Notes under the pieces: model-generated
What the model was told of the DNA's origin: nothing
The model's database searches: none
Seen by the model: only the letters and a program-made list of their open reading frames with translations
Shown here: positions 49,551 to 60,767 of the stretch, piece by piece
How positions within the stretch are numbered: the first letter of the stretch is position 1
How the letters are laid out: every line of letters starts with the position of its first letter
Program-made: the position numbers and the translations under genes
Assembly: GCA_963749655.1 (NCBI GenBank)
Contig: CAVVOB010000019.1
Location: forward strand, 113,643-177,642
Length of the DNA stretch: 64,000 bases
Source: Nitrospirota bacterium
GTDB taxonomy: Bacteria; Nitrospirota; UBA9217
Direction of reading: 5' to 3'

Positions 49551-50849
49551 TCACTCCTTCCCCAGCATCCCGATCACCTTTTTCAGGGTCAGGATCGCCA
49601 GCTGACGGTCGTAGCCCGCATTGGCCAGCCCCTGCTCCGCCGATGTAAGGGCGCCCTCCGCGTCGATCAGCGACAGGCTCGCAAGCAGGCCTTCGGAGAA
49701 CAGCCCTTCTACGGCATCGTAATTTCCCTGGGCATAATCCCTCTGGAGCTTTGCCGTATCGAGCACGGATGTTTCGGTCTGAAGGTTGATATACGCTTCG
49801 TGCACTTCTGATTCGATCGACTTGCGGAGGTAGTCAGTGGATAGTTCGGCCTGCCGAACCTTGGACTTCGCTTCCGATACCTGGGACTTCGCGAGTCCGC
49901 CCTCGAAGATCGGGATCTCGAGCTGAACGCCGCCGTAGAAGACGGTCGCATCGAGGGCCGTGGCCGGCTCGGATGTCTGGTAGGTCACACCGGCAACAGC
50001 ATTCACCTGGGGGTAATGACCGCCTTTCACGATCGTGACGTTTTCTTCGGCGATTTTCCGGTCCATTCTGGACTTTGCGTAATCGTCGCGGTTTTCGAGC
50101 GCCAGCTTCTGAAGACTCTCCAGACTCCCGGCCGGCGCTTCCAGCTGCGTCGGCTCCGCGACTTCCATGTCCCGGGGGAGTTTCGTCAAGAGGGCAAGCT
50201 TTTCCCTTGCGATCGCAAGTCCGTCGCGGGACCGCACCAGGGCTATCCGTGCCTGACTTACCAGAGAATTCGCGCGCAGGAGGGCTGACTGGTTTGCCTT
50301 TGATCTTCGCGTCGCGGCCTCCTGCTCTGTAACAGTCTTGTGGTGCTCCATGCGCGCAAACGACCGCTCACTGATTTCAACCGCCTTCTTTGCCTTCAAT
50401 ACAGTATAGTAGGCCCCGGCAACCTGCAGCAGCAGATCCTGCCGCGAGGCTGACAGCGTAGTGATGCTGGTTTCTTTCAGTTGTTCGGCCGTCTTGAGTC
50501 CCGCAAGCGTCCTGCCGCCTGTGTAGAGGGGCTGAATCAGAGTCACAGACGCCTGAAGTGACTGCAGCGGTTGAAAAAGATAGGCTCCGCCGCCCGGCGG
50601 AAGGGTCTGATTGTATCGGGTATAGGCCCCCTGTCCGACAACGCGTGGATAGATATTCGACCACGCCTGGTCAATGCGGGCATCGGACTGAAAAACTTCT
50701 TCCTGGACGACTTTGATGTTCTCATTCCGGGTCAAGGCGGATTCATACGCGTCCTGGATCGAGTAGACGGAGCCGGCATGAGCTGCCGGCGGTATTATGA
50801 ACGAGGCAGACACGAAAGCCGTCAACATGATCGATAAACAGCGGGTCAT
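49551..50849 (-). CDS. TolC-family outer-membrane efflux protein
   Basis: Signal peptide, LIQPLYTGG, EIPIFEGG, OEP helical repeats. Confidence 0.92.
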   Translation of the reverse strand: MTRCLSIMLTAFVSASFIIPPAAHAGSVYSIQDAYESALTRNENIKVVQEEVFQSDARIDQAWSNIYPRVVGQGAYTRYNQTLPPGGGAYLFQPLQSLQASVTLIQPLYTGGRTLAGLKTAEQLKETSITTLSASRQDLLLQVAGAYYTVLKAKKAVEISERSFARMEHHKTVTEQEAATRRSKANQSALLRANSLVSQARIALVRSRDGLAIAREKLALLTKLPRDMEVAEPTQLEAPAGSLESLQKLALENRDDYAKSRMDRKIAEENVTIVKGGHYPQVNAVAGVTYQTSEPATALDATVFYGGVQLEIPIFEGGLAKSQVSEAKSKVRQAELSTDYLRKSIESEVHEAYINLQTETSVLDTAKLQRDYAQGNYDAVEGLFSEGLLASLSLIDAEGALTSAEQGLANAGYDRQLAILTLKKVIGMLGKE

Positions 50850-51538
50850 GGCATGCCTTTCTTCGAGCCTGAGGGCCCGCGGCGGGATGTCCGGCGCTTC
50901 GAGAGACCGTTGAACAAGAGCTCTGTGGCAAAGAGGCTGAATTTCTTCGGGTCCAAGCTCATGGCGCGTCCATGGAGATGCTTCGTCATGGGCTGCAGAA
51001 TAAAATTGTGCACCACGATGCCGATGAGCGCTCCTGCTGCAAGAGGAGGATCGAACGTTTTCAGTTCGCCGGTCCGCATTCCTTCCCTGAAGAGGGCCGT
51101 AAGATGCGAAAAATTTTCCGCGAAGTACTGCTCACAGATCCTTGCGCAGCTGCCTCCGCTCGCGGCGAACTCCATGGCCATGATCCTGCGCAGCTCCTCG
51201 TTGCCTTTATGGAATCGGATGAAACCGGAGAGATACTTCTCGATCTTCGCCCGCACCGATGTCTTTTGTTTGAAAACAGGATCATTCCATATGTTCATCA
51301 TTGCGGAAAAGGAGTCGGCAAGGACCGAACGGTAGAGATCGTCCTTATGTCTGAAGTGGTAGTAGATCATGGCGTTGTTGACCTTCGCCGCTTTTGCCAC
51401 TTCCCGGACCGTAGTCCCGTTCAGGCCCCGCTGCGCAAAAACCCGCCGCGCGGCCGCAAGGATCTCCTTGCGGGTATCGTGTTCGGCCTTGCCGGTATTC
51501 GGCCGGCGGCCGGCAGTTCGTTTAAGAGAAGAGTTCAT
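50846..51538 (-). CDS. TetR/AcrR-family regulator
   Basis: ILAAARRVFAQRGLNGTTVREVAKAAKVNNAMIYYHF HTH. Confidence 0.94.
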   Translation of the reverse strand: MNSSLKRTAGRRPNTGKAEHDTRKEILAAARRVFAQRGLNGTTVREVAKAAKVNNAMIYYHFRHKDDLYRSVLADSFSAMMNIWNDPVFKQKTSVRAKIEKYLSGFIRFHKGNEELRRIMAMEFAASGGSCARICEQYFAENFSHLTALFREGMRTGELKTFDPPLAAGALIGIVVHNFILQPMTKHLHGRAMSLDPKKFSLFATELLFNGLSKRRTSRRGPSGSKKGMP

Positions 51539-51544
51539 GTAAAT

Positions 51545-51602
51545 TTAACTAATCGGTTAATTAATTTTAGGTCAGGATACAATGGACGGAATTGTTTGTC
51601 AA
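51545..51602 (-). promoter_or_regulatory. tetR promoter with palindromic operator
   Basis: TTGACA-17bp-TATCCT, then imperfect palindrome TTAATTAACCGATTAGTTAA just before the ATG. Confidence 0.7.
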
Positions 51603-51697
51603 GGTCTTTTTCGTCCGCTTTACGAGAGCCGCCAGACGAGGGTTTGATGCGGCGGCATAAGGGAAAAAGGATGCGTGTCGGCAACCGTGAATGATAC

Positions 51698-51841
51698 CTA
51701 GCTGTCTTCATCCATCATTCTTCTCTTCGGACGCTCTACGTCATCGAACTGTCCGGTTTTGACCGCCCAGAAAAAAATGAATAGCCCGGCGAGACCAACG
51801 GTGAACATGAGTATGATGAGCGCCAGAATGGTCCAGAGCAT
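51698..51841 (-). CDS. ccoS: cbb3 oxidase assembly protein CcoS
   Basis: FFWAVKTGQFDDVE motif. Confidence 0.9.
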   Translation of the reverse strand: MLWTILALIILMFTVGLAGLFIFFWAVKTGQFDDVERPKRRMMDEDS

Positions 51842-52051
51842 GTGAAATCTCCTGTGAACAGCGGCACCTGCGATGCTGTTGTCGCCGATTGGTTGCGCAA
51901 TTCCAAGCAAGGTTTTAAGCAACGGGCAGGCGGAACAAAGCCAACGTCGGCAAGAACGAAACGGATACCGTGAAGGCTCCCTGTCGCACCTTGCCGGGAA
52001 TGATGAATGTATCGCCGGAGCTCTGTACCCTTCGCTTCTCTACACTGCAGG

Positions 52052-54541
52052 TTACTTCAACCGCAGCGAGTTCAGTACGACCGTCACTGAGCTTAGTGCC
52101 ATGGCGCCCGCAGCCACGATGGGATGCAGCGCTCCTGCTGCTGCGAGCGGGATTGCGGCGATGTTGTAAAAAAAGGCCCAGAACAGGTTCTGTCTGATGA
52201 CCCGGAACGTCTTCTGCGAGATCTCGATCGTCTGGGGGATTGCAGCGAGACCGGGCTTCATCAAAACGACATCGGCGGCTTCAAGGGAAACGTCCGATCC
52301 CGTGGACATGGCGATTCCCACATCAGCCGCGGCCAGGGCCGGAGCATCATTGATCCCGTCGCCCACCACCACAACCGTATGGCCGATCACGGAGCGCAGG
52401 CGCGACACTTCCGCAGCCTTGCCGGAGGGGAAAACGCCCGACAGGAAGCGGTTGATACCTGTTTCCCGGGCAATAGCTTCTGCCGTGGTTTCGTTGTCGC
52501 CCGTGATCATCAGGACATCGATGCCCCTTTTCTGAAGGCTTTGTACCGTCTCCCGTGCATCATCTCTCATCTTGTCCCTCAATGCAATCAGTCCGGCTGA
52601 CACGCCGTTTACTGCGACAAAGACCACCGTGTTCCCCTGTTCTTCAAGCCCGGCTGCATATTCCTCCGTCTCCTGAGAAAGAAATATCTGCTCCATCTGC
52701 ATATGCGTCTTGCTGCCCACAAGCACCACACTGCCGTCCACCCGTGCACGGATCCCCTGCCCCGGCAGCGCCTGCGTTCCCGCTGATTCAAGCAGCGACA
52801 CCCCCCGATCCCGTGCATAGTCCACGATAGCCTGCCCCAGAAGATGCTCCGATCCCACTTCAGCGGACGCTGCATATTTGATCAGCATATCTACGGAGCT
52901 GACCGGATCTTCCCGCTTTTCGCCGCTCTTTCCGGACTGGACGTCTGCAGCCCACGCTTCCCTTACTGTTATCTTACCGGCTGGTGAGCGTTCCGGTCTT
53001 ATCCATGATCACGGTCTTGACGTTATGAAGACGTTCGAGGATGTCGCCGCCTTTGATGAGGATTCCCCTGCGTGCCGCGCTCATCGTTCCGGTCAGGATC
53101 GCGATGGGAGTGGCAAGTCCCAGAGCACAGGGACAGGCGACGACGAGCACGGCGACTGCGTTCAACATGGCCGTCTGCATGCCGCCTTCCTGTTGGCGGA
53201 GAAACCAGAAATACCACGTCACTCCGGCCAGAAGCAGTATCAAGGGAACGAAGAAAGACGAAACCCGGTCTGCGACCCGCTGGATCGGAGCAGTCTCGGC
53301 CTGCGCCTGCTCCACAAGACGCACGATCTGCGCGAGTATGCTGTCGTTGTCCGTCCTCATTACTTTGACGATCAGGCTGCCGAGGCCGTTGACCGTGCCG
53401 CCGATGACCAGGGCTCCGACCGTTTTTGCGACGGGACGAGACTCTCCGGTCACCAGCGATTCGTCGGCCTCCGACGTGCCGGTCATGACCATGCCGTCAA
53501 GCGGTATCTTTTCTCCTGGCCGCACTTCCATGATCTCACCAGGCTTCACCTTCTCGACAGGAACGATCCGGCGCTCCTGTCCAACGAGAACACGGGCATC
53601 CCGTGGCTGTACTGCAAGCAACCGCGTCACGGCCTGGGTCGCGGACCGTTTTGCCGTGCTCTCCAGGTACCTGCCGAGCAGGATCAGGGTAATGATCATG
53701 GCAGCTGTGTCGAAATAGACCTCTCCGCCTTTCGTCATGGCGACGATGCTGAAGAAATATGCAGACATGGCTCCGAGGGACACCAGCAGGTCCATGGAAA
53801 TAACACCGTAGCGGACTCCCCGGACGGCGCCCCGAAGAAAAGGCCACCCTGCATAGAATATGACCGGTGTGCAGGCAAAGAGCGATGTGATCTGAAGCCA
53901 GCTTTTGAGTGACCGGTCCATGCCCTGGAAATACCCCGCGTAGAGACCGAAACTCAACAACATCAGCTGCATGGAAAAAAACGATGCCGTGCCGAATCGG
54001 ATCAGGATGTCGCGATTCTGTTTCTGGATCAGGGTTTCCTGCTCAGAGCGGGTGTATGGCTTTTGCATCATACCCAACGGAACGTATGCGGTTGATGATC
54101 TCCGGCAGGCTGGTCCGTGCGTGTTCCATTCACCGTTGCCCGATGAGTTGCGAAGTTGACGCGGGCGAAGACGATGCCCGCTGTTCTTTCCAGGATCTTT
54201 TCGGTCAGCCATACGCAGGAAGCACAGCGTATGCCGTCGAGAATGAGTTCCGCGTTTTTGACAGCGCCTGTGCAGACCGACGCCGGCGGCTTCTCCCGGC
54301 TGGTGGGGCCTGCAGTCTGATCTGCTGTGCGGAGCTGATCCGGGATTCCCTGTTGTTTCCAGTCCCGCTGTCGATAGAAATCACCCAGACCTTCATCCAC
54401 GATCATACGATAGATGGAGCGGCAGGCATGACAGCAGAATACCTTCCTGTTCGAAGCGGTTTTCTCGAATATGGCTTCGCTGTTCCTGACCGGCAGCAGA
54501 CAGTGATCGCAGGCCAGCGCTGTATCCCGGGTCAATGCCAC
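52052..54541 (-). CDS. ccoI: Cu-translocating P1B ATPase CcoI (frameshifts near 54150 and 52980)
   Basis: [49 protein letters not shown] across three ORFs. Confidence 0.9.
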
Positions 54542-54542
54542 G

Positions 54543-55785
54543 TTAGATCTCCAGTCCCTTATCCGTCCGCTGCGGATAGATGAACGTCGCTTCCTGCTCG
54601 ATCCGGATTTCCGGATTCGTGATATTCTCGAGGATGAATCGCAGTTGGGTGATTCGATAAACTAGGTTCTTCCTTGCGGCCCGTACATAGACCGTGATGT
54701 TCGCAGTCACATTGGACGGAAGAATGAAGGGATTGCGCGGAACGATGAGATCGGCTTCCTTTATTCCTGCGATGCTGATACGGAAGGACTGCGGATCAAG
54801 GCTGCGGTTCTCGACAATGAGCGAATAGGAGTTGATCACGCCGTTTCCGTCTACCGACTGCCGGTCCGGCTGCGTATCACTGCGAAAGACCCAGAAGTCG
54901 GCGGGTACCCGGACATAGAGCTGGTAGGCAAACAGCATGCTGATCGCGGCAAAGGCGAGCGACAGTCCTATGACGCGCGTCCGCGGGCCTTTTTCGGAAC
55001 CGCTGCCGTTAGCGTAGCCGACCAGCGGATTGATGCCCTGTTCCGAGGTCATTGCCGAGCAGGCGTCAATGCATTCCGCGCAGTTTATACATTCCACCTG
55101 GAGACCGTTCCGGATGTCGATCCCCGAAGGGCAGTTCCTGACGCAGGACTCGCATCCTCCGCATTCGTCTGCGCGCGAGCTGGTCAAAGGCAATCGTGAG
55201 CGTCTTCTCGTCGAAAAAAGCGCTTTGAAAGCGGGCATAGGGGCAGACCGAGGCGCAGAACCTCTGGCGCACAAAGGCAAGATCGAGATAGATGAGCACG
55301 GTGAAAAAGATCCAGGAACCGGACGTCCACGGCCCAAGCCTGCGGCCGGCGATGTCTCCGGCCATGTCATAGGGAGAAACGAAATACCAGATCAGACTTG
55401 CCGCGACCAGGGTCGAGACTGCCAGGTGAAACGCATGGGACAGGACGAACCCAACAACCCGGTGGCCTGCGGACCAGCGTGCTAATCGGTCGAACATGCG
55501 GGAAAAATCGGAGAGGACCGTCTGGGGGCACATCCAGCCGCACCAGATGCGTCCGTAGAGGACCGTGGCGAGCATGACACCGATGAAGAACAGCAGGAAC
55601 AGAAGCAGAAAGAAATACATCTCACTGATCCAGACAACAGATCCGAAGAAAAAGAGCTTCAGCGAAGGGACGTCGAATCGGAGGGCGCTCTCCTGATGAA
55701 TACGCACAAAGGGAAGACCCAGCATGACTAGGGCCTGCAGCGCAGCCACGAGCCGGCGCCGGGCACGGAAGGAGTACGTCCTCAT
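54543..55785 (-). CDS. ccoG: CcoG 4Fe-4S accessory protein (frameshift near 55175)
   Basis: GRIWCGWMCPQT, FCASVCPY, CGGCESCVRNCP, ECINCAECIDAC. Confidence 0.9.
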
Positions 55786-55791
55786 GGGCGG

Positions 55792-56271
55792 TTATTTTGT
55801 ATGGCGGAAATACACATAATGGGCAACGGCGCGCACCTTCCGGGGGCCGAGCTGTTTCAGAAAGGCCGGCATTCCCTTCGGTGTGCCGTCGCTGATCACA
55901 CGGACATGGTCGGCCAGGGTCCCGCCGTACAGGAATTTCGGACCTGTCAATGCCGGACCGATGCCGCCTTCAAGTTTGTCGCCGTGGCACATTGCGCAGT
56001 CCGCTTTGTAGATGGCGTTCCCGCCTTCCGCGCTTTCGCCTTCAGACACGCCGGACTCGATCTCTTTGACCTCATGGGTTATCACCTGCTGCTTGAAAGC
56101 TTCTGTCGATCGTTGATACTGGTCCGCCTGGTTCCAGCCCGTTGTCTGGGGTGAATACTGATAAAGGTAATACACTCCGAACACGATCAGACCGGCGAAC
56201 AGGATTGTCATGCCCAGGGGCATCTTTTTTTTCCCTTCCTGCCGTTCCTCTATGCCGTCGTAGTCGCTCAT
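55792..56271 (-). CDS. ccoP: cbb3 oxidase subunit III (monoheme)
   Basis: DYDGIEE N-terminus, TM, CAMCHG..GGIGPAL, GMPAF. Confidence 0.88.
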   Translation of the reverse strand: MSDYDGIEERQEGKKKMPLGMTILFAGLIVFGVYYLYQYSPQTTGWNQADQYQRSTEAFKQQVITHEVKEIESGVSEGESAEGGNAIYKADCAMCHGDKLEGGIGPALTGPKFLYGGTLADHVRVISDGTPKGMPAFLKQLGPRKVRAVAHYVYFRHTK

Positions 56272-56315
56272 AGGTCGTCTCCCGGTAAAACGCTCCGGCT
56301 GCGCAGCACGCTGTA

Positions 56316-56456
56316 TCAGTCATCATCAAGCATGCGGTACTTCGGCGACTCCACGCCTTCCTTGCGGCCGGAGCGAAAATAATAATACATGATCCCGGCC
56401 AGAACCACGACCAGGACTGCCGTAAAACCGAAATAGAGCCACGCCTGGAATGACAT
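56316..56456 (-). CDS. ccoQ: cbb3 oxidase small subunit CcoQ-like (absent from the ORF track)
   Basis: Manual translation MSFQAWLYFGFTAVLVVVLAGIMYYYFRSGRKEGVESPKYRMLDDD, lying between ccoO and ccoP. Confidence 0.8.
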   Translation of the reverse strand: MSFQAWLYFGFTAVLVVVLAGIMYYYFRSGRKEGVESPKYRMLDDD

Positions 56457-56458
56457 AT

Positions 56459-57032
56459 TTAGAGCTTCAACTCCCTGCCGAGGCGCTTGAGGTAGGCCAC
56501 CAGGGCATCCATTTCCGTCTTTCCTTCCAGCGCTTTCAGGTCTTCAGCGCCATAGGGGTACCCGAGAACGGACATCTTTTTCTTCGTATACGATGAATCC
56601 AGACTCCTGTCCGCGAGCCACGCATAAGCCGGCATGTTCGATTGGGGAAACAGGCTCTGCGGGGACTTCATATGCAGATAGTGCCAGGTCGCAGGATACT
56701 TTCGTGCCGACGCGCGCAAGGTCGGGACCCGTTCGCTTCGATCCCCAGAGATGCGGCCGGTCGATAGCGGACTCCTCCAGCAACGAGGGCGGGCCGTAGC
56801 GTGCGGTCTCGAACGGCAGCGGCCGAACGGTCTGGGTATGGCAGTTGTTGCACCCTTCTCGTATATAGATGTCCCTGCCCTCCACTTCAAGCGGTTTATA
56901 GGGAATGACCTTCTCCAGGGACGGCGTAGCCGTTCCCATGAACAGGGGGATGAATGTAGTCAGAAGGGTCCCGATCAGGATGGTAAGAACCGCCAGAATG
57001 ATGAAGGTAACCGGTCTTTTATCAACATCCAT
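56459..57032 (-). CDS. ccoO: cbb3 oxidase subunit II (frameshift near 56705)
   Basis: GRDIYIREGCNNCHTQ, WGSKRTGPDLARVG, SNMPAY, TEMDALVAYL. Confidence 0.92.
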
Positions 57033-57105
57033 ATTGATCTCCTTCGCAGTCAGGGCAGCCGCCGGCACGTGGCAGAAAACCGGCTTCGATCAGTGTGCCC
57101 GCTGA

Positions 57106-58503
57106 TCAATTCTCCGAGGCGGCAGGAGCAGTCTGGATCGTCTTGTAAAGGTTGTACACGAATACGAGGAACCCTGCAAAGAATATGATCCCTCCTGCAG
57201 TTCGCATATTCCAGAAAGGATAATTGGGTGTCAGGGTCTGGATATAATTCGAATACACCAGACTTCCGTCCCTGTCCATAGCCTGCCACATGGCTCCCTG
57301 CCGGAGGCCGGTTATCCACATGGTGACGGAATAGATCAACTGTCCCATGAGCACGAGCCAGAAATGCACGTTAGCAAGTTTTATGCTGTACACTGAGGTG
57401 TTGTATATCCGGGGGATCATATAGTAGAAGCCTGCCGACAGGGTCATGGTGACCCATCCCATGGTTCCCATATGAACGTGACCGGGGACCCAGTCGGTAT
57501 AGTGTACGAGTGCGCTGAATGCCCGGACCGCCTGGCTGGGACCCTGCAGTGTCTGGAGACCGTAGAAGGTGATTCCCAGGACGATGAATTTCACCAGATA
57601 GTTCGACCGCATCTGCTCCCATTGGCCGTTCATTGTCCCGTAGCCGTTGATGACCGAAGCCCAGGACGGGGCGATAAGAAAGATGCTGAAGGCAATGGCG
57701 ACGGTCTGGATCCAGTCCGGCAGCGGCGTATAGATCAGGTGGTGTGCGCCGGTCCAGAGATAGGCGAAGACGAGAGACCAGAACCCGACGATGGAAAGAC
57801 GGTGGCTGTAAAGGGGCGCCCCCGTCGTTTTGGGAAGAATATAATAGAATATCGCAAGCGGCAGCGTTGTGAACACGAATGCCACTGCATTATGGCCGAA
57901 CCACCACTGGACATTGGCGTCATTCGCGCCCGCGTACGCGGAATAGGATTTGAACCAGGAGACGGGCACGGCAAGATTGTTGCCGATGTAAACGATGGCC
58001 ACACCCACGACCGTGGCAAGGATGTACCACAGTGAAACATACATCTGCTCTTCTTTCCGCTTCATGATGGTCCCGATGATATTAATCGAGAACATCACCC
58101 AGAGGATCGTGACGCCGAGGTCCAGGGGCCATTCAAGCTCGGAATACTCCTTGCTCTGGCTCATGCCGGCGAACAGGGAAAGAGCCGCGAGCACGATGGC
58201 GATGTTGAAGAAATACAGCGTTGCTTTGGCGAGCCCGGGATAAGCAAGCCTCGTCCTGCCCAGACGCTGGACGAGGAAGAAAAAGAGACTGAAGGCGGCA
58301 GGAACGGTAAATCCGTAGATGAGCGCGTTCGTGTGGATGGGACGCAGCCTTCCATAGGTCAGCCAGGGAGCAAGGTTTAACTGCGGATAGACGAGCTGAA
58401 GCGAGATAAGGATTCCGACAAGAAGCCCCACGATACCCCAGAACAACGACGATAGCGCGAATCCCTTGACGGCGCGGTAATCGTACTGGCTATCCAGTGG
58501 CAT
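57106..58503 (-). CDS. ccoN: cbb3 oxidase subunit I
   Basis: GRLRPIHTN, QWWFGHNAV, WTGAHH, WVPGHVHMG. Confidence 0.96.
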   Translation of the reverse strand: MPLDSQYDYRAVKGFALSSLFWGIVGLLVGILISLQLVYPQLNLAPWLTYGRLRPIHTNALIYGFTVPAAFSLFFFLVQRLGRTRLAYPGLAKATLYFFNIAIVLAALSLFAGMSQSKEYSELEWPLDLGVTILWVMFSINIIGTIMKRKEEQMYVSLWYILATVVGVAIVYIGNNLAVPVSWFKSYSAYAGANDANVQWWFGHNAVAFVFTTLPLAIFYYILPKTTGAPLYSHRLSIVGFWSLVFAYLWTGAHHLIYTPLPDWIQTVAIAFSIFLIAPSWASVINGYGTMNGQWEQMRSNYLVKFIVLGITFYGLQTLQGPSQAVRAFSALVHYTDWVPGHVHMGTMGWVTMTLSAGFYYMIPRIYNTSVYSIKLANVHFWLVLMGQLIYSVTMWITGLRQGAMWQAMDRDGSLVYSNYIQTLTPNYPFWNMRTAGGIIFFAGFLVFVYNLYKTIQTAPAASEN

Positions 58504-58543
58504 GGCATGATCCCCCGTGATGTGGGTGATGAGACAGGATGAA

Positions 58544-58951
58544 TCAGATTTTCTGACGGGCAAGCTCTTCGAAATTCGCTTTTTTAAGCGCTTCGGTCAC
58601 TTTTGCCTGGACATTCACCCATAGGATGTGAGAAGGACAGTGCTTGGAAAAACTGCATTTCTTCTTGTCGCCGAGGCAGACATTCATGGTAAGTTTGCCT
58701 TCGATCGCTTCGAGCACATCGAGAACGGTGATCTCACGCGCGGGCTTCGCGAGTGAAAAGCCGCCCTTGACGCCGCGGTACGACCGGACGATCTTGCCTT
58801 TTACGAGTTTTTGAAGGATCTTTGCGAGGAAACTGCGCGGAATTTTATATTCCTCGGAAATTTCGTTGACGTAGCTGACTTTCTTAAAAGGTTGGCGGGC
58901 AAGATACAGGACGCTTCGAATCCCATAATCGCCTTCACGTGTCACTTGCAT
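58544..58951 (-). CDS. Rrf2-family regulator with three Cys
   Basis: DYGIR, FLAKILQKL, RGVKGGFSLAKP, C-x6-C-x5-C. Confidence 0.92.
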   Translation of the reverse strand: MQVTREGDYGIRSVLYLARQPFKKVSYVNEISEEYKIPRSFLAKILQKLVKGKIVRSYRGVKGGFSLAKPAREITVLDVLEAIEGKLTMNVCLGDKKKCSFSKHCPSHILWVNVQAKVTEALKKANFEELARQKI

Positions 58952-58985
58952 GGTATTAGTATATCGAACCCTCGGCCGTTGTCAA
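58952..58985 (-). promoter_or_regulatory. Sigma70 promoter positioned for a leaderless mRNA
   Basis: TTGACA-16bp-TATACT-6bp-ATG 58951. Confidence 0.6.
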
Positions 58986-59077
58986 GCATGAGGGGTGGTT
59001 TTTCAGAATCGTGAACGGGCCTGGTGTTGTATGAAATAAAAAGACATTTTGTGATATAATGACCAAACGGAGGTCCC

Positions 59078-59989
59078 ATGCCGATGAGAATCCAGCAGCT
59101 CTTCGTCCTTCTCTGCTTCTTTCTTCTTTCCTCCTCCTGCCGAACGCAGGAGACCGGTGTCATTGAAGGCTCCGTGGTACCGGCGGGCCCCGGCGTTCGG
59201 ATCACCCTGAGCCGGGCGGGACAAGCTGTAAGAACCGCCGATGCCGGCAGCATTGACGGCAAGTTCAGTATCGTTCTGGCGCCCGGAACGTACGATGTTG
59301 CTGTGTATATTCCCACTTCCGCTTATCCGGTGACGTTCAGCGGAATAGATATCTACCCGGGCAAGACTACCACCCTGCCCCCCATTGAGACGGCCGGTAG
59401 AGCGGGAACTACCGTGCTCTCGGGGACGGTATCACCTGCGGTCACCGGGACAAAGGTATCGTTGAAATACGAGGGTCGGGAACGGGCGGCTGTCAATGCC
59501 GCCGGCGGGCGGTACGAATTTATGGGACTGCCCTCGGGCGCCTACACGATCCAGGCCTCTTCTCCGGGATATGCAGACGACGTTGCGGAGATCAACCTGT
59601 CCGATGGTCGTCCTGCTTCACAAAACATGAGACTTCTTTACGTTACGACCATCGACGGCATAGACTGGACCAGAAAGGTCGTACACGCCACGGGAAGAGG
59701 CCTTTACCCCGCAAACGCGCAGAATCCCACGGTGAAGCGCGAAATGGCCAGACGGGCGGCGCTGTCCGAAGCCGAACGCAATCTTCTGGGTATGATCGGG
59801 AGGATAAAAACCGACCCTGAGCACGACGTGGAGTCGAGGATGAAAAATGGCGCCCTCACGGTCCGCATCCAGGGATTTGTCAGAGGTTTCACCGTTGTCA
59901 ACGAGCAGGAACTGAGCGATGGAATTAAGATCGACGTAGAACTGCCGCTGACCGGGCCGAACGGACTGACGAGATACCTTGCAGACTGA
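59078..59989 (+). CDS. Lipoprotein with carboxypeptidase-regulatory-like Ig domains and an LPP20-like C-terminus
   Basis: Lipobox SSSC; LAPGTYDV, LPSGAYTIQASSPGY; IDW...ATGRG...MARRAA. Confidence 0.8.
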   Translation: MPMRIQQLFVLLCFFLLSSSCRTQETGVIEGSVVPAGPGVRITLSRAGQAVRTADAGSIDGKFSIVLAPGTYDVAVYIPTSAYPVTFSGIDIYPGKTTTLPPIETAGRAGTTVLSGTVSPAVTGTKVSLKYEGRERAAVNAAGGRYEFMGLPSGAYTIQASSPGYADDVAEINLSDGRPASQNMRLLYVTTIDGIDWTRKVVHATGRGLYPANAQNPTVKREMARRAALSEAERNLLGMIGRIKTDPEHDVESRMKNGALTVRIQGFVRGFTVVNEQELSDGIKIDVELPLTGPNGLTRYLAD

Positions 59990-60195
59990 ATGACTCCTCG
60001 GCGCTTGCAGTAGAGGCGCTTATCAAGGACGGGACAGAAGTGCAATCGCCTGCGGTGCGGAAAACGTGCGCTCAGGTCGTATCCTCCATCCCAGATGTAT
60101 GAATCGTATAATCGTATGATGAACAAATATCCCATCACTCCCTGTTCTCAGGCGTTTCAGCGCTCAACCGCACCGCTGCAGCAGAAGGTGGCGTT

Positions 60196-60762
60196 ATGGG
60201 GGTGATGCGCCCTCCTCTTCCCGTAAAGCTCTTCATCGGCATGCTTTCTCCGGAGCCGGCGCTCCTCGATGTTTTCACGCACGTCCTTCTCTCGGAATTC
60301 GGTCCCCTGGAGTTCGAAAGCGCGGTCATCCCCTGGGACAAAACTGATTATTACCGCGATGAAATGGGTCCCGGTATTATGCGCAAGTTCCTGTTCTTCG
60401 AACCCCTCCTTGATCCCGGTAGGCTGCCGGCTGTCAAAAGGTTCGTCGTCGGGCTCGAAAAGGAATACAGCATAATAACGGAAAATCGGACCCGGCGACG
60501 GATCAACCTGGATCCGGGATATGTCACGGAAGCCAAGGTTGTTCTTTCGACGACCAAAGATTTTGCACACCGTTTGTATATCGGTGACGAAATCTACGCC
60601 GAAGTAACACTGCGCTACAGCATAAAAGAGCGTCGATTCACGCCCCTTGAGCATACCTACCCGGATTACCGCTCGGAAGAATACCTTGCGATGTTCCAGA
60701 AAGCGCGACAAAACCTCCGTGCGGCGCTGGGGAAGCGGATTCATGGACGCGCTGGAGCCTAA
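60196..60762 (+). CDS. DUF4416 family protein
   Basis: TDYYRDEMG, RRINLDPGY, STTKDFAHRLY, TYPDY. Confidence 0.88.
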   Translation: MGVMRPPLPVKLFIGMLSPEPALLDVFTHVLLSEFGPLEFESAVIPWDKTDYYRDEMGPGIMRKFLFFEPLLDPGRLPAVKRFVVGLEKEYSIITENRTRRRINLDPGYVTEAKVVLSTTKDFAHRLYIGDEIYAEVTLRYSIKERRFTPLEHTYPDYRSEEYLAMFQKARQNLRAALGKRIHGRAGA

Positions 60763-60767
60763 ATGTG

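Noticed and set aside
52052-57032. Pseudogenised cbb3 operon or programmed frameshifting
   Set aside because: All catalytic motifs are intact and similar single indels are scattered window-wide, so sequencing error is more parsimonious.
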